From a bacterium (lineage in GTDB: Bacteria > Patescibacteriota > Dojkabacteria > JAKAPS01 > JAJZLI01), in NCBI GenBank assembly GCA_021791275.1, contig JAJYWX010000001.1:1113-65112 (forward strand): 64,000 nucleotides of DNA, in the 5' to 3' direction. Shown in pieces: positions 12,521 through 22,753 of the stretch. Both the position numbers and the translations under genes were made by a program. Position 1 is the stretch's first letter. Every line of letters begins with the position of its first letter. Under the pieces are notes generated by a model. That model searched no databases, was not told the origin of the DNA, and worked only from the letters and a program-made list of their open reading frames with translations.

Positions 12521-13150
12521 CTATTTTGAATAAAATACTAAAGCATCGAAACTTAAATTTCCTGACTGGAAAAATAACTGTGGTTCTAAAACATTGGAAT
12601 TATTTGTATTCGGTACATAATTGGCATTATATACTAATATTTTTTGAGGATATAAGGATAGTGTTTCAAGAACAGAAAGAAAATTTTGATAAGTTCCCAC
12701 ACCACTTACAGAAACAGAGAAATTATTATATAAATTAACAAAAGAAAGACTAGTAGGTAAACTCGCACTAGACCCAAAAGAAATAGATTGTAATGAAACA
12801 TTATTATTATTTAATATTTCATAAATATTTCCTAATATAAAACCAGTATTTTCATTATTTGGGAAAATTACTTTTAATTTATTATATTTACTTTTTACCT
12901 TTTTTAAATATATAGCATAAGTAGAATTTATATCTTGATATCTGGTAGACATCTGCTGGTTTTGTGTATTTATTATATTAATAGTATTTAACTCACTAAA
13001 TATAGAATTTAACGTTGGGTATATTGCAAAGACAACAAAAACTATTATTACTATTAGTGAAAATGTTACATAATAGTAAAACTGAAAACGTTTATCTTGA
13101 AAACTATTAACTATTAACTCTTTTCCTTTTTTAATATCAAATTTATCCAT
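12521..13150 (-). CDS. PilO-like type IV pilus inner-membrane assembly protein (tentative)
   Basis: 209 aa with a short cytoplasmic N-terminus, one TM, a coiled-coil-like stretch, then a periplasmic domain. Overlaps the upstream PilN-like gene by 8 nt. Confidence 0.4.
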   Translation of the reverse strand: MDKFDIKKGKELIVNSFQDKRFQFYYYVTFSLIVIIVFVVFAIYPTLNSIFSELNTINIINTQNQQMSTRYQDINSTYAIYLKKVKSKYNKLKVIFPNNENTGFILGNIYEILNNNNVSLQSISFGSSASLPTSLSFVNLYNNFSVSVSGVGTYQNFLSVLETLSLYPQKILVYNANYVPNTNNSNVLEPQLFFQSGNLSFDALVFYSK

Positions 13151-13721
13151 ATATTCCCTTTATATTAAAAGATAAAGAATATTGAATTCCAGATTGTCCT
13201 TGAGATGATGAAGAACTATTCGAAAGTTGTGAGACTAAAACATTTGAAAAATCTTTGGTATCAGATTTAAAGTTATTTTCTAAATTCTGAATATCAGAAT
13301 ATGAATTTGCTGTACCAGTTATATTCATTTTATTAGATTGTAGGGATATTCCTGAAACATATATAGTTTGAGGTATTAATGATATAACTTTATTTAAATA
13401 GTATTCATCATGCACATGTATTGCATAAACATTTGATAATGCAGATATTTTAACTTGGTAACTAGATATTGTATCTATTTTTTTCACTGTTGAACTAGAT
13501 TCTAGTTTGCTTTGAATATTAAGAGAATTTGAAACTGCTGAAGCATATTCCTGATTTATTATAAATTTAATCCCAAAAATAATTATAGTAACGACTTCTA
13601 CCCCTATAACTATATATCTACCATATTTAGTAGCCCATAAGTAAAATAAATCAAAGGAATTCTTTGGGGCGTCAATATTATTTAAAAGATTTATTCCATC
13701 TATATTATTTTTATTGGACAT
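13143..13721 (-). CDS. PilN-like type IV pilus inner-membrane assembly protein (tentative)
   Basis: 192 aa. The N-terminal INLLNN motif resembles the PilM-binding INLLP motif of PilN, followed by a single TM and a periplasmic domain. Confidence 0.45.
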   Translation of the reverse strand: MSNKNNIDGINLLNNIDAPKNSFDLFYLWATKYGRYIVIGVEVVTIIIFGIKFIINQEYASAVSNSLNIQSKLESSSTVKKIDTISSYQVKISALSNVYAIHVHDEYYLNKVISLIPQTIYVSGISLQSNKMNITGTANSYSDIQNLENNFKSDTKDFSNVLVSQLSNSSSSSQGQSGIQYSLSFNIKGIYG

Positions 13722-13822
13722 GCTATTTGAAAGACTAACATAAATGTGATAGAATTAAAAGTTAGTTTTAGTTTGTCCTTTCAAAATTAATATTTTTTAA
13801 TAATATATGTATTCTAAAATTT

Positions 13823-14240
13823 GGGGATGACCGGATTTGACAAGGAAATAAAGGATATATATGGCAAGTAAAGATTTCGCAATCTTTTAAAAAATTGTGA
13901 AAAAATTAAATGCAAATAAAATAAAAAGTACGGTTTCTGAATTCTTTGCTAAATTAAAAGCAAATGTTTTTACACCTAACTATAACCTAAATTTAGCATA
14001 AATAAATTTAGAGTAAGGTAAGAATTGCTTGTAGATATTACCTTGCTTAAACATTAATACAAGATAATGATAAGCTTCTCTTAGTGTTTGGAGATTTATC
14101 ATGAAAAAAATTGTCCAAAACACTTGAATTATCTTTTTTTATCAAATTTTTATAGATAATCCAAACTTAAATTTGATAAACTTGTAATTCCATATGTATA
14201 CTTTTCTTCATGGATGTGGGTTCAACTCCCACCATCTCCA
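13823..14240 (+). ncRNA. ssrA: tmRNA (SsrA, transfer-messenger RNA)
   Basis: 5' end GGGGATGACCGGATTTGACAAGG matches the E. coli tmRNA 5' end GGGGCUGAUUCUGGAUUCGACGG. 3' end GGATGTGGGTTCAACTCCCACCATCTCCA matches E. coli GGACGCGGGUUCAACUCCCGCCAGCUCCA. The acceptor pairs GGGGATG/CATCTCC with a G3:U70 alanine identity pair. CCA is not encoded. An internal candidate tag ORF is GCA AAT GTT TTT ACA CCT AAC TAT AAC CTA AAT TTA GCA TAA at 13960-14001 (ANVFTPNYNLNLA*), with the stop inside an AAUUUA/UAAAUU hairpin. Confidence 0.8.
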
Positions 14241-14276
14241 ATATATTTATGCTACATTTAAAACATTAAAAAAGAA

Positions 14277-15326
14277 TTAAGAGTGCCTAACTAAAACTAT
14301 ATCCCCATCTTCTAGTACATGTTCAGCCCCCATAATTTTTAACTTTCCACTCTCTTTGCAATTAGACCATCCTTGATATTTAATAAAGTCTTTATATGAG
14401 ACTAATTCCATTTTAATAAAATTTTTTGAAAAGTCTGAATGAATAACTCCTGCAGCATCTCTTGCATTAGTTCCCTTCTTTATAACCCAAGCTCGAATCT
14501 CTTTCTCCCCTACAGTAAAAAACACTTGCAATTCCAATTTATCAAAAGCATATCTTGTTAAAATATCAATCCCAGAAATTTCTATATCTAAATCATTTAA
14601 GAAAGATTCTTTTGAAATCGGATCCATTTTTGACAATTCATATTCAAATAAAATATTCATATATATATTGCCATTTTTATCAATATAAGCTTTATAATCT
14701 TCAGAATTATACAAATAAATAAAATTCTTATAAGTAAGAAAGTTAAATTCTCTAATCAATTCAGATTCTCTTTTATTAAGATCTATATGGTCTATTAACA
14801 AATTCCCTCCATCTAAAATATTTATTACTTTAGAAAATAAATCCATATATTCTGAATAATTACTATCTTTTTTTAATATTTTTTTTCCACCTTCAATAAG
14901 CTTCTCAGCTTTTTCTAAATCCTTTAATATTAACTCAGTATTAATTATGTCAATATCTCTTTCTACATTTACTGTATCTTCAACATGTATAATATTTTTA
15001 TCATTAAAATCTCTTACAACCTCTAAAATTAAATCCATATCACTTATATGAGACAGGAATTTATTACCTAATCCTTCTCCTTTGGATGCACCTCTAACTA
15101 ACCCTGCTATATCAACAAAAGTTATATATGCATTTACTATTTTTTGAGTTGGAGTAATAGAGCTTAATTCATCTAATCTATTATCTTTTACCATAACTAT
15201 ACCTGTATTAGGATCTATAGTGCAGAATGGGAAATTTTCTGAAGGAACTGAATTATTTGTTAATGTATTAAATAATGTCGATTTTCCAACATTTGGCATA
15301 CCAACTATACCTATTTTTAGGCTCAT
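14277..15326 (-). CDS. ychF: ribosome-binding ATPase YchF (Obg-family GTPase)
   Basis: 349 aa. GxxxxGKS P-loop (GMPNVGKST), TGS-like C-terminal domain. Confidence 0.88.
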   Translation of the reverse strand: MSLKIGIVGMPNVGKSTLFNTLTNNSVPSENFPFCTIDPNTGIVMVKDNRLDELSSITPTQKIVNAYITFVDIAGLVRGASKGEGLGNKFLSHISDMDLILEVVRDFNDKNIIHVEDTVNVERDIDIINTELILKDLEKAEKLIEGGKKILKKDSNYSEYMDLFSKVINILDGGNLLIDHIDLNKRESELIREFNFLTYKNFIYLYNSEDYKAYIDKNGNIYMNILFEYELSKMDPISKESFLNDLDIEISGIDILTRYAFDKLELQVFFTVGEKEIRAWVIKKGTNARDAAGVIHSDFSKNFIKMELVSYKDFIKYQGWSNCKESGKLKIMGAEHVLEDGDIVLVRHS

Positions 15327-16666
15327 AATTTTTTACCTGTATCAAATAAATTCTTTTTAGCTATTGAAATTAGGTCTTTTCTATTATTCAAATTTGGATT
15401 ATCTATAACTTTATCTAAAAGTAATTCCAAAGCCTCTCCTAACTTTTTATCTTTTTTATAACCAATCTTTAATAAATCATTTCCATTTATAGATAAATCT
15501 TTCAATTTTAAATATCTATCTTTTTCTTCTATTGAATCTATTCGTGATTTCAATTGGGATAAATTATCAAAATCATAATTAGAAATTGGATTTCCTTTCT
15601 CATCAGCGATTCTTAATAAAAATAATAATTCTAAAGTATCCTTATCTCCAACCTTTCTTAAAAATCTTCTGACTGCAGAATCTGACCAACTTGGCTCGTA
15701 ATGAAATAAATGTAAATTAATTAATTTACAAGTTATTTCTATCTGTTCATTTGGAAATTTTAAACGATTCAAAATTTCATATGTTATTTCAGCTCCAACC
15801 TTCTCATGCCCGAAAAAGTGTTCCCCATCTTTTGTTTGCGGTTTACCTATATCATGAAACAATGCTGCTAATTTGACCTTTTTATCTGCAGAATCTAATG
15901 ATAATAATAAGTGATGGTAAACATCTAAAGAATGGTATTTATTCTGTTCAACCCCTAAACAGGTAACTAGTTCTGGAATTATATTACTCAAAATTTCAGT
16001 TTTCCTTAATAGTTCTATACCATATGAAGATTTGTCCTCATTAACTATTTTCATAAATTCATCCCTAATTCTTTCTGGTGATATCTCATTTATTAATTTT
16101 GAATTTTTTACAATTGATTTATATGTCAAATCTTCTATTTCAAAACCTAATTTAAATGCAAATCTTACCCCCCTCATTAACCTTAGTGCATCTTCCCTGA
16201 ATCTATCATCTGGATTACCTACTGATCTTATAATCTTTGAATTTAGATCATTAATACCCCCAAATACATCTATTATATTATCGCCCTTCATATCATATGC
16301 TATTGAGTTGATTGTAAAATCTCTTCTTTTTAAATCTTCCTTTATATCTGAGATAAATTCCACTTTCTGGGGATGCCTATGATCAGTATAATTTGACTCC
16401 TTTCTCAATGTTGTAATTTCTACCCTACTTTTACCGATTATTAACATTATTGTTCCAAATTTTTCTCCAAATAAAATTGCCTTTGGGAAAATTTTTTTTA
16501 ATTGATCTGGTTTTGCATTAGTAGCAAAATCATAATCTTCAATCTTCTTTCCTAATATAATATCCCTAATAGAACCTCCTACAAGAAATAATGAAAATCC
16601 AGCATTTAATATCTTATTTGATATATCAAATATATCTTTTTCTATATTATTTTTGATATCGTACAT
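15323..16666 (-). CDS. cca: tRNA nucleotidyltransferase (CCA-adding enzyme) / poly(A)-polymerase family, with HD domain
   Basis: 447 aa. Pol-beta-type nucleotidyltransferase head (GGSIRD...DYDF) and C-terminal HD motif (HD...HDIGK). Confidence 0.8.
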   Translation of the reverse strand: MYDIKNNIEKDIFDISNKILNAGFSLFLVGGSIRDIILGKKIEDYDFATNAKPDQLKKIFPKAILFGEKFGTIMLIIGKSRVEITTLRKESNYTDHRHPQKVEFISDIKEDLKRRDFTINSIAYDMKGDNIIDVFGGINDLNSKIIRSVGNPDDRFREDALRLMRGVRFAFKLGFEIEDLTYKSIVKNSKLINEISPERIRDEFMKIVNEDKSSYGIELLRKTEILSNIIPELVTCLGVEQNKYHSLDVYHHLLLSLDSADKKVKLAALFHDIGKPQTKDGEHFFGHEKVGAEITYEILNRLKFPNEQIEITCKLINLHLFHYEPSWSDSAVRRFLRKVGDKDTLELLFLLRIADEKGNPISNYDFDNLSQLKSRIDSIEEKDRYLKLKDLSINGNDLLKIGYKKDKKLGEALELLLDKVIDNPNLNNRKDLISIAKKNLFDTGKKL

Positions 16667-16667
16667 T

Positions 16668-18050
16668 TCAAATTTTTATTAAAAATGATCTATCCTTTAA
16701 ATCTATTATATTATAACCTAAAGAATTGATTTTATCCCTTAATTTGTCTGAATTATCCCAATCTTTTTCTAATCTATACTTATTTCTTAAATTAAGAAGT
16801 TCCAATAAATCATTAGGGACATCTGAATTAAATATATCAATAAAATTAAATGAGAATATATTGTCAAAGTCTAACATTGTTGTAATCTTTTCTGAATTAT
16901 TCAAATTTGGGTCTTTAACCATAGTCCAAAGTACATCAAGCATTCCAGGGGTATCTAGGTCATCCTCAATTTTTTTTATAAATAAGTCTTTATAGTTCTT
17001 ATTAACAACTGATTTGCCATCATAATTAGCTTTATTAAGGGCTATAAATTCATATAATTTTTTTAAAGCATTTTGTGCTGATAAAAGTGAATCAAATGTA
17101 AAATTTATTGTAGTTGAATAATGAGAGTTAAAGTATAAATACCTTAAAGCTAGAGGATTAAAATTTTTTTCTTCAAGATCCTCTATTAAGTATACATTAT
17201 TAAGACTTTTTGACATCTTTTTATTATCGATAAGTAACATACCACTATGAACCCAAAAATTGACAAAATTTCCATCAAATGCAGATCTACTTTGAGATAT
17301 TTCATTGACATTATGTGTGAGTTTTAAATCAATTCCAGACGTATGTATATCTATATTTTCACCCAGATATTTATATATAATCGCAGAGCATTCGATATGC
17401 CAACCAGGAAATCCTCTTCCCCAAGGACTATCCCATTGCATAATATGATTTTTATAGTATGTTTGCCATAATCGAAAATCCTGTTGATTTTTCTTCGTCT
17501 TATCAACAACTACCCCAGTTCTTGCAAAAGATTTTTGATTCTTATTAGTCTGATTTATCAAATTATCATATTCAGGAAATTTTGAAACATCAAAATATAC
17601 CCCTGTAGAAGTTTGATAAACAAAACCTTTCGATTCCAATATCTTTATGATTTCAATTATTGAATCAATATTTTCAGATGCTTTTGATATAACTGAAGGT
17701 TCCTTTATATTAACTTTTTTTATTGAATTAAAAAAATATTTTGTATAATTATCTATTATTTCATATATATCATTCCCTGTCTCCTCAGATTTCTTTTGTA
17801 TTTTATCTTCACCTTCATCTAAATCATTCATCAAATGACCAACATCTGTTATATTCATTACATCCTTTATATTAAATCCTAGGTATACCAAAGATTTTTT
17901 TAAAATATCCGAAGATATAAAGGATCTTAAATTTCCAATTGATACATTACTATATACAGTCGGGCCACAAGTATAAATCTTAACTTCATTATCACTAATT
18001 GTATAGAATTCCTTTTTGTTAGAAAAAGAATCTTTAATTTTAATTGTCAT
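16668..18050 (-). CDS. cysS: cysteinyl-tRNA synthetase
   Basis: 460 aa. Class I HIGH-like motif (HIMQWDSPWG...GWHIEC) and KMSKS (KMSKSLNN). Confidence 0.88.
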   Translation of the reverse strand: MTIKIKDSFSNKKEFYTISDNEVKIYTCGPTVYSNVSIGNLRSFISSDILKKSLVYLGFNIKDVMNITDVGHLMNDLDEGEDKIQKKSEETGNDIYEIIDNYTKYFFNSIKKVNIKEPSVISKASENIDSIIEIIKILESKGFVYQTSTGVYFDVSKFPEYDNLINQTNKNQKSFARTGVVVDKTKKNQQDFRLWQTYYKNHIMQWDSPWGRGFPGWHIECSAIIYKYLGENIDIHTSGIDLKLTHNVNEISQSRSAFDGNFVNFWVHSGMLLIDNKKMSKSLNNVYLIEDLEEKNFNPLALRYLYFNSHYSTTINFTFDSLLSAQNALKKLYEFIALNKANYDGKSVVNKNYKDLFIKKIEDDLDTPGMLDVLWTMVKDPNLNNSEKITTMLDFDNIFSFNFIDIFNSDVPNDLLELLNLRNKYRLEKDWDNSDKLRDKINSLGYNIIDLKDRSFLIKI

Positions 18051-18654
18051 ATGATAATCTTTTTTCTATGGCTTTCCCTATTGTATAAGAATCTATATAC
18101 TCTAGATTTGATCCCATAGGTAAACCCCTAGCAAGCCTAGAAAAACTTATATTTGGAAATTCTTTTAAATAATTTTTAATAAATATTGCAGTCGCATCAC
18201 CCTCAGTTGTAAAATTAGTTGCAATTAAAATCTCGTATTTATCAGTCTTATTTAATCTTTCTTTTAATTTTTCTAATTTTATATCATTAGGGTTAATATT
18301 ATTTATAGGAGAAATCAGCGCACCCAATATATGATATACACCGTTAAAAGATTTTGAATTCTCTATATATTCAACATCAGAACTACTTTCTAGGATACAT
18401 ATTAGCTTCTTATCCCTATCTCCATTAATACAGTATTTACAAGGGTTATTATTAACATCTGTAATGAAATTACAAATAACACAATTTTCTACATTATCAT
18501 TCAAATCTTTAAGAGATTTTATTAACTGAGGTATATTTGACTTATTGGAAATATAGAAATAGGCCATCCTAAGTGCACTCTTAATTCCAACTCCAGGTAT
18601 TTTAGAAAATTCTTTTGCTAAAGCTTCTATTGGATCCGAACTTTGACTATACAT
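18040..18654 (-). CDS. recR: recombination protein RecR
   Basis: 204 aa. Helix-hairpin-helix N-terminus, C4 zinc finger CVIC...CKYC, Toprim domain. Confidence 0.88.
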   Translation of the reverse strand: MYSQSSDPIEALAKEFSKIPGVGIKSALRMAYFYISNKSNIPQLIKSLKDLNDNVENCVICNFITDVNNNPCKYCINGDRDKKLICILESSSDVEYIENSKSFNGVYHILGALISPINNINPNDIKLEKLKERLNKTDKYEILIATNFTTEGDATAIFIKNYLKEFPNISFSRLARGLPMGSNLEYIDSYTIGKAIEKRLSYDN

Positions 18655-18657
18655 AAA

Positions 18658-18963
18658 TTAAACACCCATCATATTCTTTAACTTTGATAGATCCATATCC
18701 TTCGACATATCTTTGGCTATTTTCTTTTGAGCATCTTTATATGCTTCCTTGATATGTTCTATAAAATCAGATTTTCTATCCTTATCAAATAATATATCAT
18801 CTACATCCAAATCTACAATTTCTCCAGTACCATTTACTGAAACTTTCACCAAAGATTTTTTAGATTCTCCTTTAAAAATCTTTGACTCCATTTCTTTTTG
18901 AAGTTTTTTGGCTTCACTCTGTAATTTATATAAATCTTTTGCCTGAGAAAAAGGATTAGCCAT
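18658..18963 (-). CDS. ybaB: nucleoid-associated protein YbaB/EbfC
   Basis: 101 aa, YbaB-like; conserved dnaX-ybaB-recR order. Confidence 0.8.
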   Translation of the reverse strand: MANPFSQAKDLYKLQSEAKKLQKEMESKIFKGESKKSLVKVSVNGTGEIVDLDVDDILFDKDRKSDFIEHIKEAYKDAQKKIAKDMSKDMDLSKLKNMMGV

Positions 18964-19026
18964 ATAAATTTATAGAAATAAACTAAACATTAATATAATA
19001 ACATAAAAGCTTAAATTTTAAAATTA

Positions 19027-20487
19027 TTATACTTCTAAGTCAAATACCTCTTTCAGGTCAGAATCTTCGATAAAATCATGGTTATTTTTTATTACGGGAA
19101 TAACATTCTTTTCAACTATACAATCAATATCAAAATTATCTCCATAAATTTCCTTAATTTTCTGAGATAGATATTTCTTTTCTTTTGTTTCATTTAGCAT
19201 ATCCTTATAAAAAGAGAATGGAACAACAATTATAAACTTATTACCTTCAATATAAAAATTGGATTTTGTTAAAAATCCACTCATATGGTGATTAAATTCC
19301 TTAGTTATATTTATAAGATTCATCCATAATTCATTATCAAAATTACCTTGCTGTGAATCATTTATAGTCACAGATTTCTTCATATTTACTTTATTTTCAA
19401 CATTTTTACTTTTAACTTTATTCTTATTAGCGCTTAAATCATTAATAATTGAAATTAAGGTTACTTCTAATACAATTTGATCTAAAGATGAAACCTTAAG
19501 ATCTTCTATAGAATCAATTAGTTTATTAATTATCTTTAATAAATCTTTGATCGATATATTTTTAAATATAGAATCATCTATATCATAATAGTTTTTTTGT
19601 AATACCCTGTTTATTAAAGTTTTTCTTATATAATCAATCGAATTCTTTATAAAAATACTTATACTTATATTATTACTCTTGAAGCTATCTAAGATATATT
19701 CAATATCTGAGTCAATTAAGTGTGCCCATATTAATTTTATGAATTCTAAATCTGGATAATTTAACAATGTTAAAACATCTGAATACTCAATTTTCCCGCT
19801 ATTTACTGATAATATTTTCTGCAATGATGTCATTAAATCTCTAAAACTGCCATCTGCAACTGTTATAAGAAGATCCTTTGTATTTTCACCCAAATTAATT
19901 TTTTCTGAATTTAAAACAGAATTTAAATATTTTGATAAATCATAATAAGATGGCCTTATAAAATCAAACCTCTGACATCGAGATATAATTGTTTGAGGAA
20001 CTTTATATATTTCTGTTGTAGCTAAGATAAAAATAACATTATTAGGAGGTTCTTCTAGTGTTTTTAACAATGCATTAAAAGCATCTGAGGTTAACATATG
20101 TACTTCATCTATAATATAGATTTTATAATGTCCTGAGCTAGGAACAAACTGTATCCTATTTTTTATATCCCTTATATCTTCTATACCTCTATTAGAAGCA
20201 GCATCTATTTCTATTAAGTCTAGAAAATTTCCATCTGTAATTTCTTTACAATTATCGCATTTATTACATGGATCACCATTTTTTAATATAGAATTACAAT
20301 TAATAGCTTTTGAAAAAATTCTTGCTAATGATGTTTTCCCTGTACCCCTAGGGCCAAAAAATATATATGCATTAGTTATAGAATTAGTTAATACTTCATT
20401 TTTTAATATTTTCACTATTGAATCTTGCCCCACAACTTGTGAGAAATTTTGAGGTCTATATTTTTGATATAATATGGATTCATTCAT
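19027..20487 (-). CDS. dnaX: DNA polymerase III subunit gamma/tau
   Basis: 486 aa. AAA+ clamp-loader motifs GPRGTGKTS and DEVHML, zinc module CNS..C..C..C, SRC-like motif. Confidence 0.9.
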   Translation of the reverse strand: MNESILYQKYRPQNFSQVVGQDSIVKILKNEVLTNSITNAYIFFGPRGTGKTSLARIFSKAINCNSILKNGDPCNKCDNCKEITDGNFLDLIEIDAASNRGIEDIRDIKNRIQFVPSSGHYKIYIIDEVHMLTSDAFNALLKTLEEPPNNVIFILATTEIYKVPQTIISRCQRFDFIRPSYYDLSKYLNSVLNSEKINLGENTKDLLITVADGSFRDLMTSLQKILSVNSGKIEYSDVLTLLNYPDLEFIKLIWAHLIDSDIEYILDSFKSNNISISIFIKNSIDYIRKTLINRVLQKNYYDIDDSIFKNISIKDLLKIINKLIDSIEDLKVSSLDQIVLEVTLISIINDLSANKNKVKSKNVENKVNMKKSVTINDSQQGNFDNELWMNLINITKEFNHHMSGFLTKSNFYIEGNKFIIVVPFSFYKDMLNETKEKKYLSQKIKEIYGDNFDIDCIVEKNVIPVIKNNHDFIEDSDLKEVFDLEV

Positions 20488-21716
20488 ATAGATAAATCTT
20501 TTAAAGAAATAAATGTTTCTTTATTATCAACCAAGTTTTTTACCAATAATTTATTTTCTTTTAACTCTTTTTCACCTAAAATAACAAAATTTTTACAATT
20601 AATTTTTAATGCAAATTCTAATTGTTTTTTTAAATTCCAGTCATTATTAAGATTTAAAAGAACACTATCCCCATTTTCTCTAAGCTTACCTGCTATCTTT
20701 GAATAAAATTTCACATCAATATTGTCAAAAGTTGATATAAAATAATCATAACTAAAATTAATATTAATTTTCTTATTATATTCAGATATAAAAGACTGCA
20801 ATACTTCTATACCAAGACCTGCCCCTACACCAGAAATATCCTCTCCTCCTAGTAAAGAAATTAAATTAGAATACCTCCCTCCTCCAATAATAGATCTCTT
20901 GATTAAATTTTTACTATCCCATATTTCGAATACAGTACCAGTATAATAATCAAATCCCCTAACTATAGTTGGATCGTATATTAAATTTAGATCAAAACTT
21001 CTACCCAGATTTATAATATCATTTATTTCTGGAATGCTCTCAAATTCTTCCTTTGCAAGATACCTCATTACAGATTCAATATATTTTTTATCTTTTAATA
21101 GTTTTAATAATTCTGATTCAAATTGAGATTCTGTAATTTTATTCTTATGATCTATAAGGGACATAGTTTTATCAAAATCTTTAGTGTATTTTGACAAATC
21201 ACGGAAAACAGATTCTCTATTATTAAATAAAATTTTGAAATCTTTATCTTCAAACCCTAAATTTCTAAGTATACTTACACATATATTTATTATTTCTATG
21301 TCTGACAATAGACTATTATCTCCTATTATATCAACATTATATTGGCTAAATTGTCTAAACCTAGCTTTTTGAGGATTTTCATTTCTAAATACACTAGGTA
21401 TAGAGTACCATCTTATTGGTTTTTTATAATCAGTTGATCTTAATGCTAACATTCTAGCTAAAGTAGGTGTCATCTCTGGTCTCATTGTAAGCAATCTCCC
21501 TCCCCTATCCTTAAATGTGTATGTTTCTTGATTTAGAGAGTCTCCTGACTTTAATCTATATAAATCATTTTCTTCTAAAACTGGCCCATCATATTCTAAA
21601 TATCCGAAACTATTAGAAACTTTTCTTATAACGTCAGTTATATATTTCCTTTGAAGAAATTCTTCTGGATATATATCTTTAAAGCCTTTAATTGGGTTTA
21701 AATTAATTTTACTCAT
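20484..21716 (-). CDS. hisS: histidyl-tRNA synthetase
   Basis: 410 aa, class II motifs and HisRS pattern. Overlaps the dnaX start by 4 nt. Confidence 0.88.
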   Translation of the reverse strand: MSKINLNPIKGFKDIYPEEFLQRKYITDVIRKVSNSFGYLEYDGPVLEENDLYRLKSGDSLNQETYTFKDRGGRLLTMRPEMTPTLARMLALRSTDYKKPIRWYSIPSVFRNENPQKARFRQFSQYNVDIIGDNSLLSDIEIINICVSILRNLGFEDKDFKILFNNRESVFRDLSKYTKDFDKTMSLIDHKNKITESQFESELLKLLKDKKYIESVMRYLAKEEFESIPEINDIINLGRSFDLNLIYDPTIVRGFDYYTGTVFEIWDSKNLIKRSIIGGGRYSNLISLLGGEDISGVGAGLGIEVLQSFISEYNKKININFSYDYFISTFDNIDVKFYSKIAGKLRENGDSVLLNLNNDWNLKKQLEFALKINCKNFVILGEKELKENKLLVKNLVDNKETFISLKDLSI

Positions 21717-21718
21717 AA

Positions 21719-22747
21719 TTATTTATTTATTATATTTAGCTCAATTGAATCCCTAACTCTAGATAAAGTCTCATGTGCAATCTTTTTGCCTAATTTCGTT
21801 CCATCTCTTAGTATATCTAACAGATAATCTTCCCTGTTATCCAAGGCTAATCTTTTTTCCCTAATTGGAGCTATAAAATCATTTAGTACTTTATACAGCT
21901 TCTCTTTCACTTCTATATCACCTATTTTACCTCTGATATAGAGTTCCTTAAGATTTTTAACTTCATCTTTATCTAAATTGAATATATCATGAAATAGAAA
22001 TACAGCATTTCCTTCTATGTGTCCTGGATCATTTTTATGTATTCTAGTAGGATCTGTGTACATTTTCATAACTTTACTTTTTAGTTCATCTTCTGAATCC
22101 CCTAAATTTATTGTATTATTTAAGCTTTTTGACATTTTATTTGTTCCATCAATACCAACTAATCTTGGAGTTTCAGTTAGATAGATCTTAGGTAAGTTTA
22201 ATATTTCTCCATATAATTTATTAAATTTTTTTATTATTTCTCTTGATTGTTCAATTATCGATTCCTGATCTTCTCCTGCAGGAACAAGGTCTGCATTAAA
22301 AGCAGCTATATCTGCTGATTGATTTATAGGATAGGATAAAAACCCAATAGAAATTTTATCAAATTCAAACTCTCCTTCCTTTTGTATAATTTCACTTTTT
22401 ACAGTTGGATTCCTTAATGCCCGAGAAAGAGTTACTAAATTAGAAAAGATAATTGTTAAATCTGCAATTTCAGATATATCTGATTCTAATATAAAACTAA
22501 CCTTATTAGGATCTAGACCCACAGCTAAATAATCTTTCATCAGTTCTATAATATTTGATGACACTTTGTGAGGATTATTGAAATTATCCGTTAAGGCTTG
22601 TATATTAGCTATCAATATAAACATATCATACTCATTTTGTAATTCTACCCTAGACTTTAAGGATCCAACATAATGACCTAAATGTAATTTTCCCGTAGGC
22701 CTATCACCTGTCAATATTCTTTTTTTCATGCAAATATTATATAACAA
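21719..22747 (-). CDS. trpS: tryptophanyl-tRNA synthetase
   Basis: 342 aa. HIGH-type motif (TGKLHLGHYVG) and KMSKS (KMSKSLNN). Confidence 0.9.
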   Translation of the reverse strand: MLYNICMKKRILTGDRPTGKLHLGHYVGSLKSRVELQNEYDMFILIANIQALTDNFNNPHKVSSNIIELMKDYLAVGLDPNKVSFILESDISEIADLTIIFSNLVTLSRALRNPTVKSEIIQKEGEFEFDKISIGFLSYPINQSADIAAFNADLVPAGEDQESIIEQSREIIKKFNKLYGEILNLPKIYLTETPRLVGIDGTNKMSKSLNNTINLGDSEDELKSKVMKMYTDPTRIHKNDPGHIEGNAVFLFHDIFNLDKDEVKNLKELYIRGKIGDIEVKEKLYKVLNDFIAPIREKRLALDNREDYLLDILRDGTKLGKKIAHETLSRVRDSIELNIINK

Positions 22748-22753
22748 AAATTT

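Noticed and set aside
14215-14240. Orphan tRNA-like 3' half (GTGGGTTCAACTCCCAC + acceptor) with no matching 5' half within 100 nt; considered a tRNA fragment or split tRNA
   Set aside because: The matching 5' acceptor strand (GGGGATG) lies 418 nt upstream, and both ends align with E. coli tmRNA. It is the tRNA-like domain of ssrA, not a tRNA.
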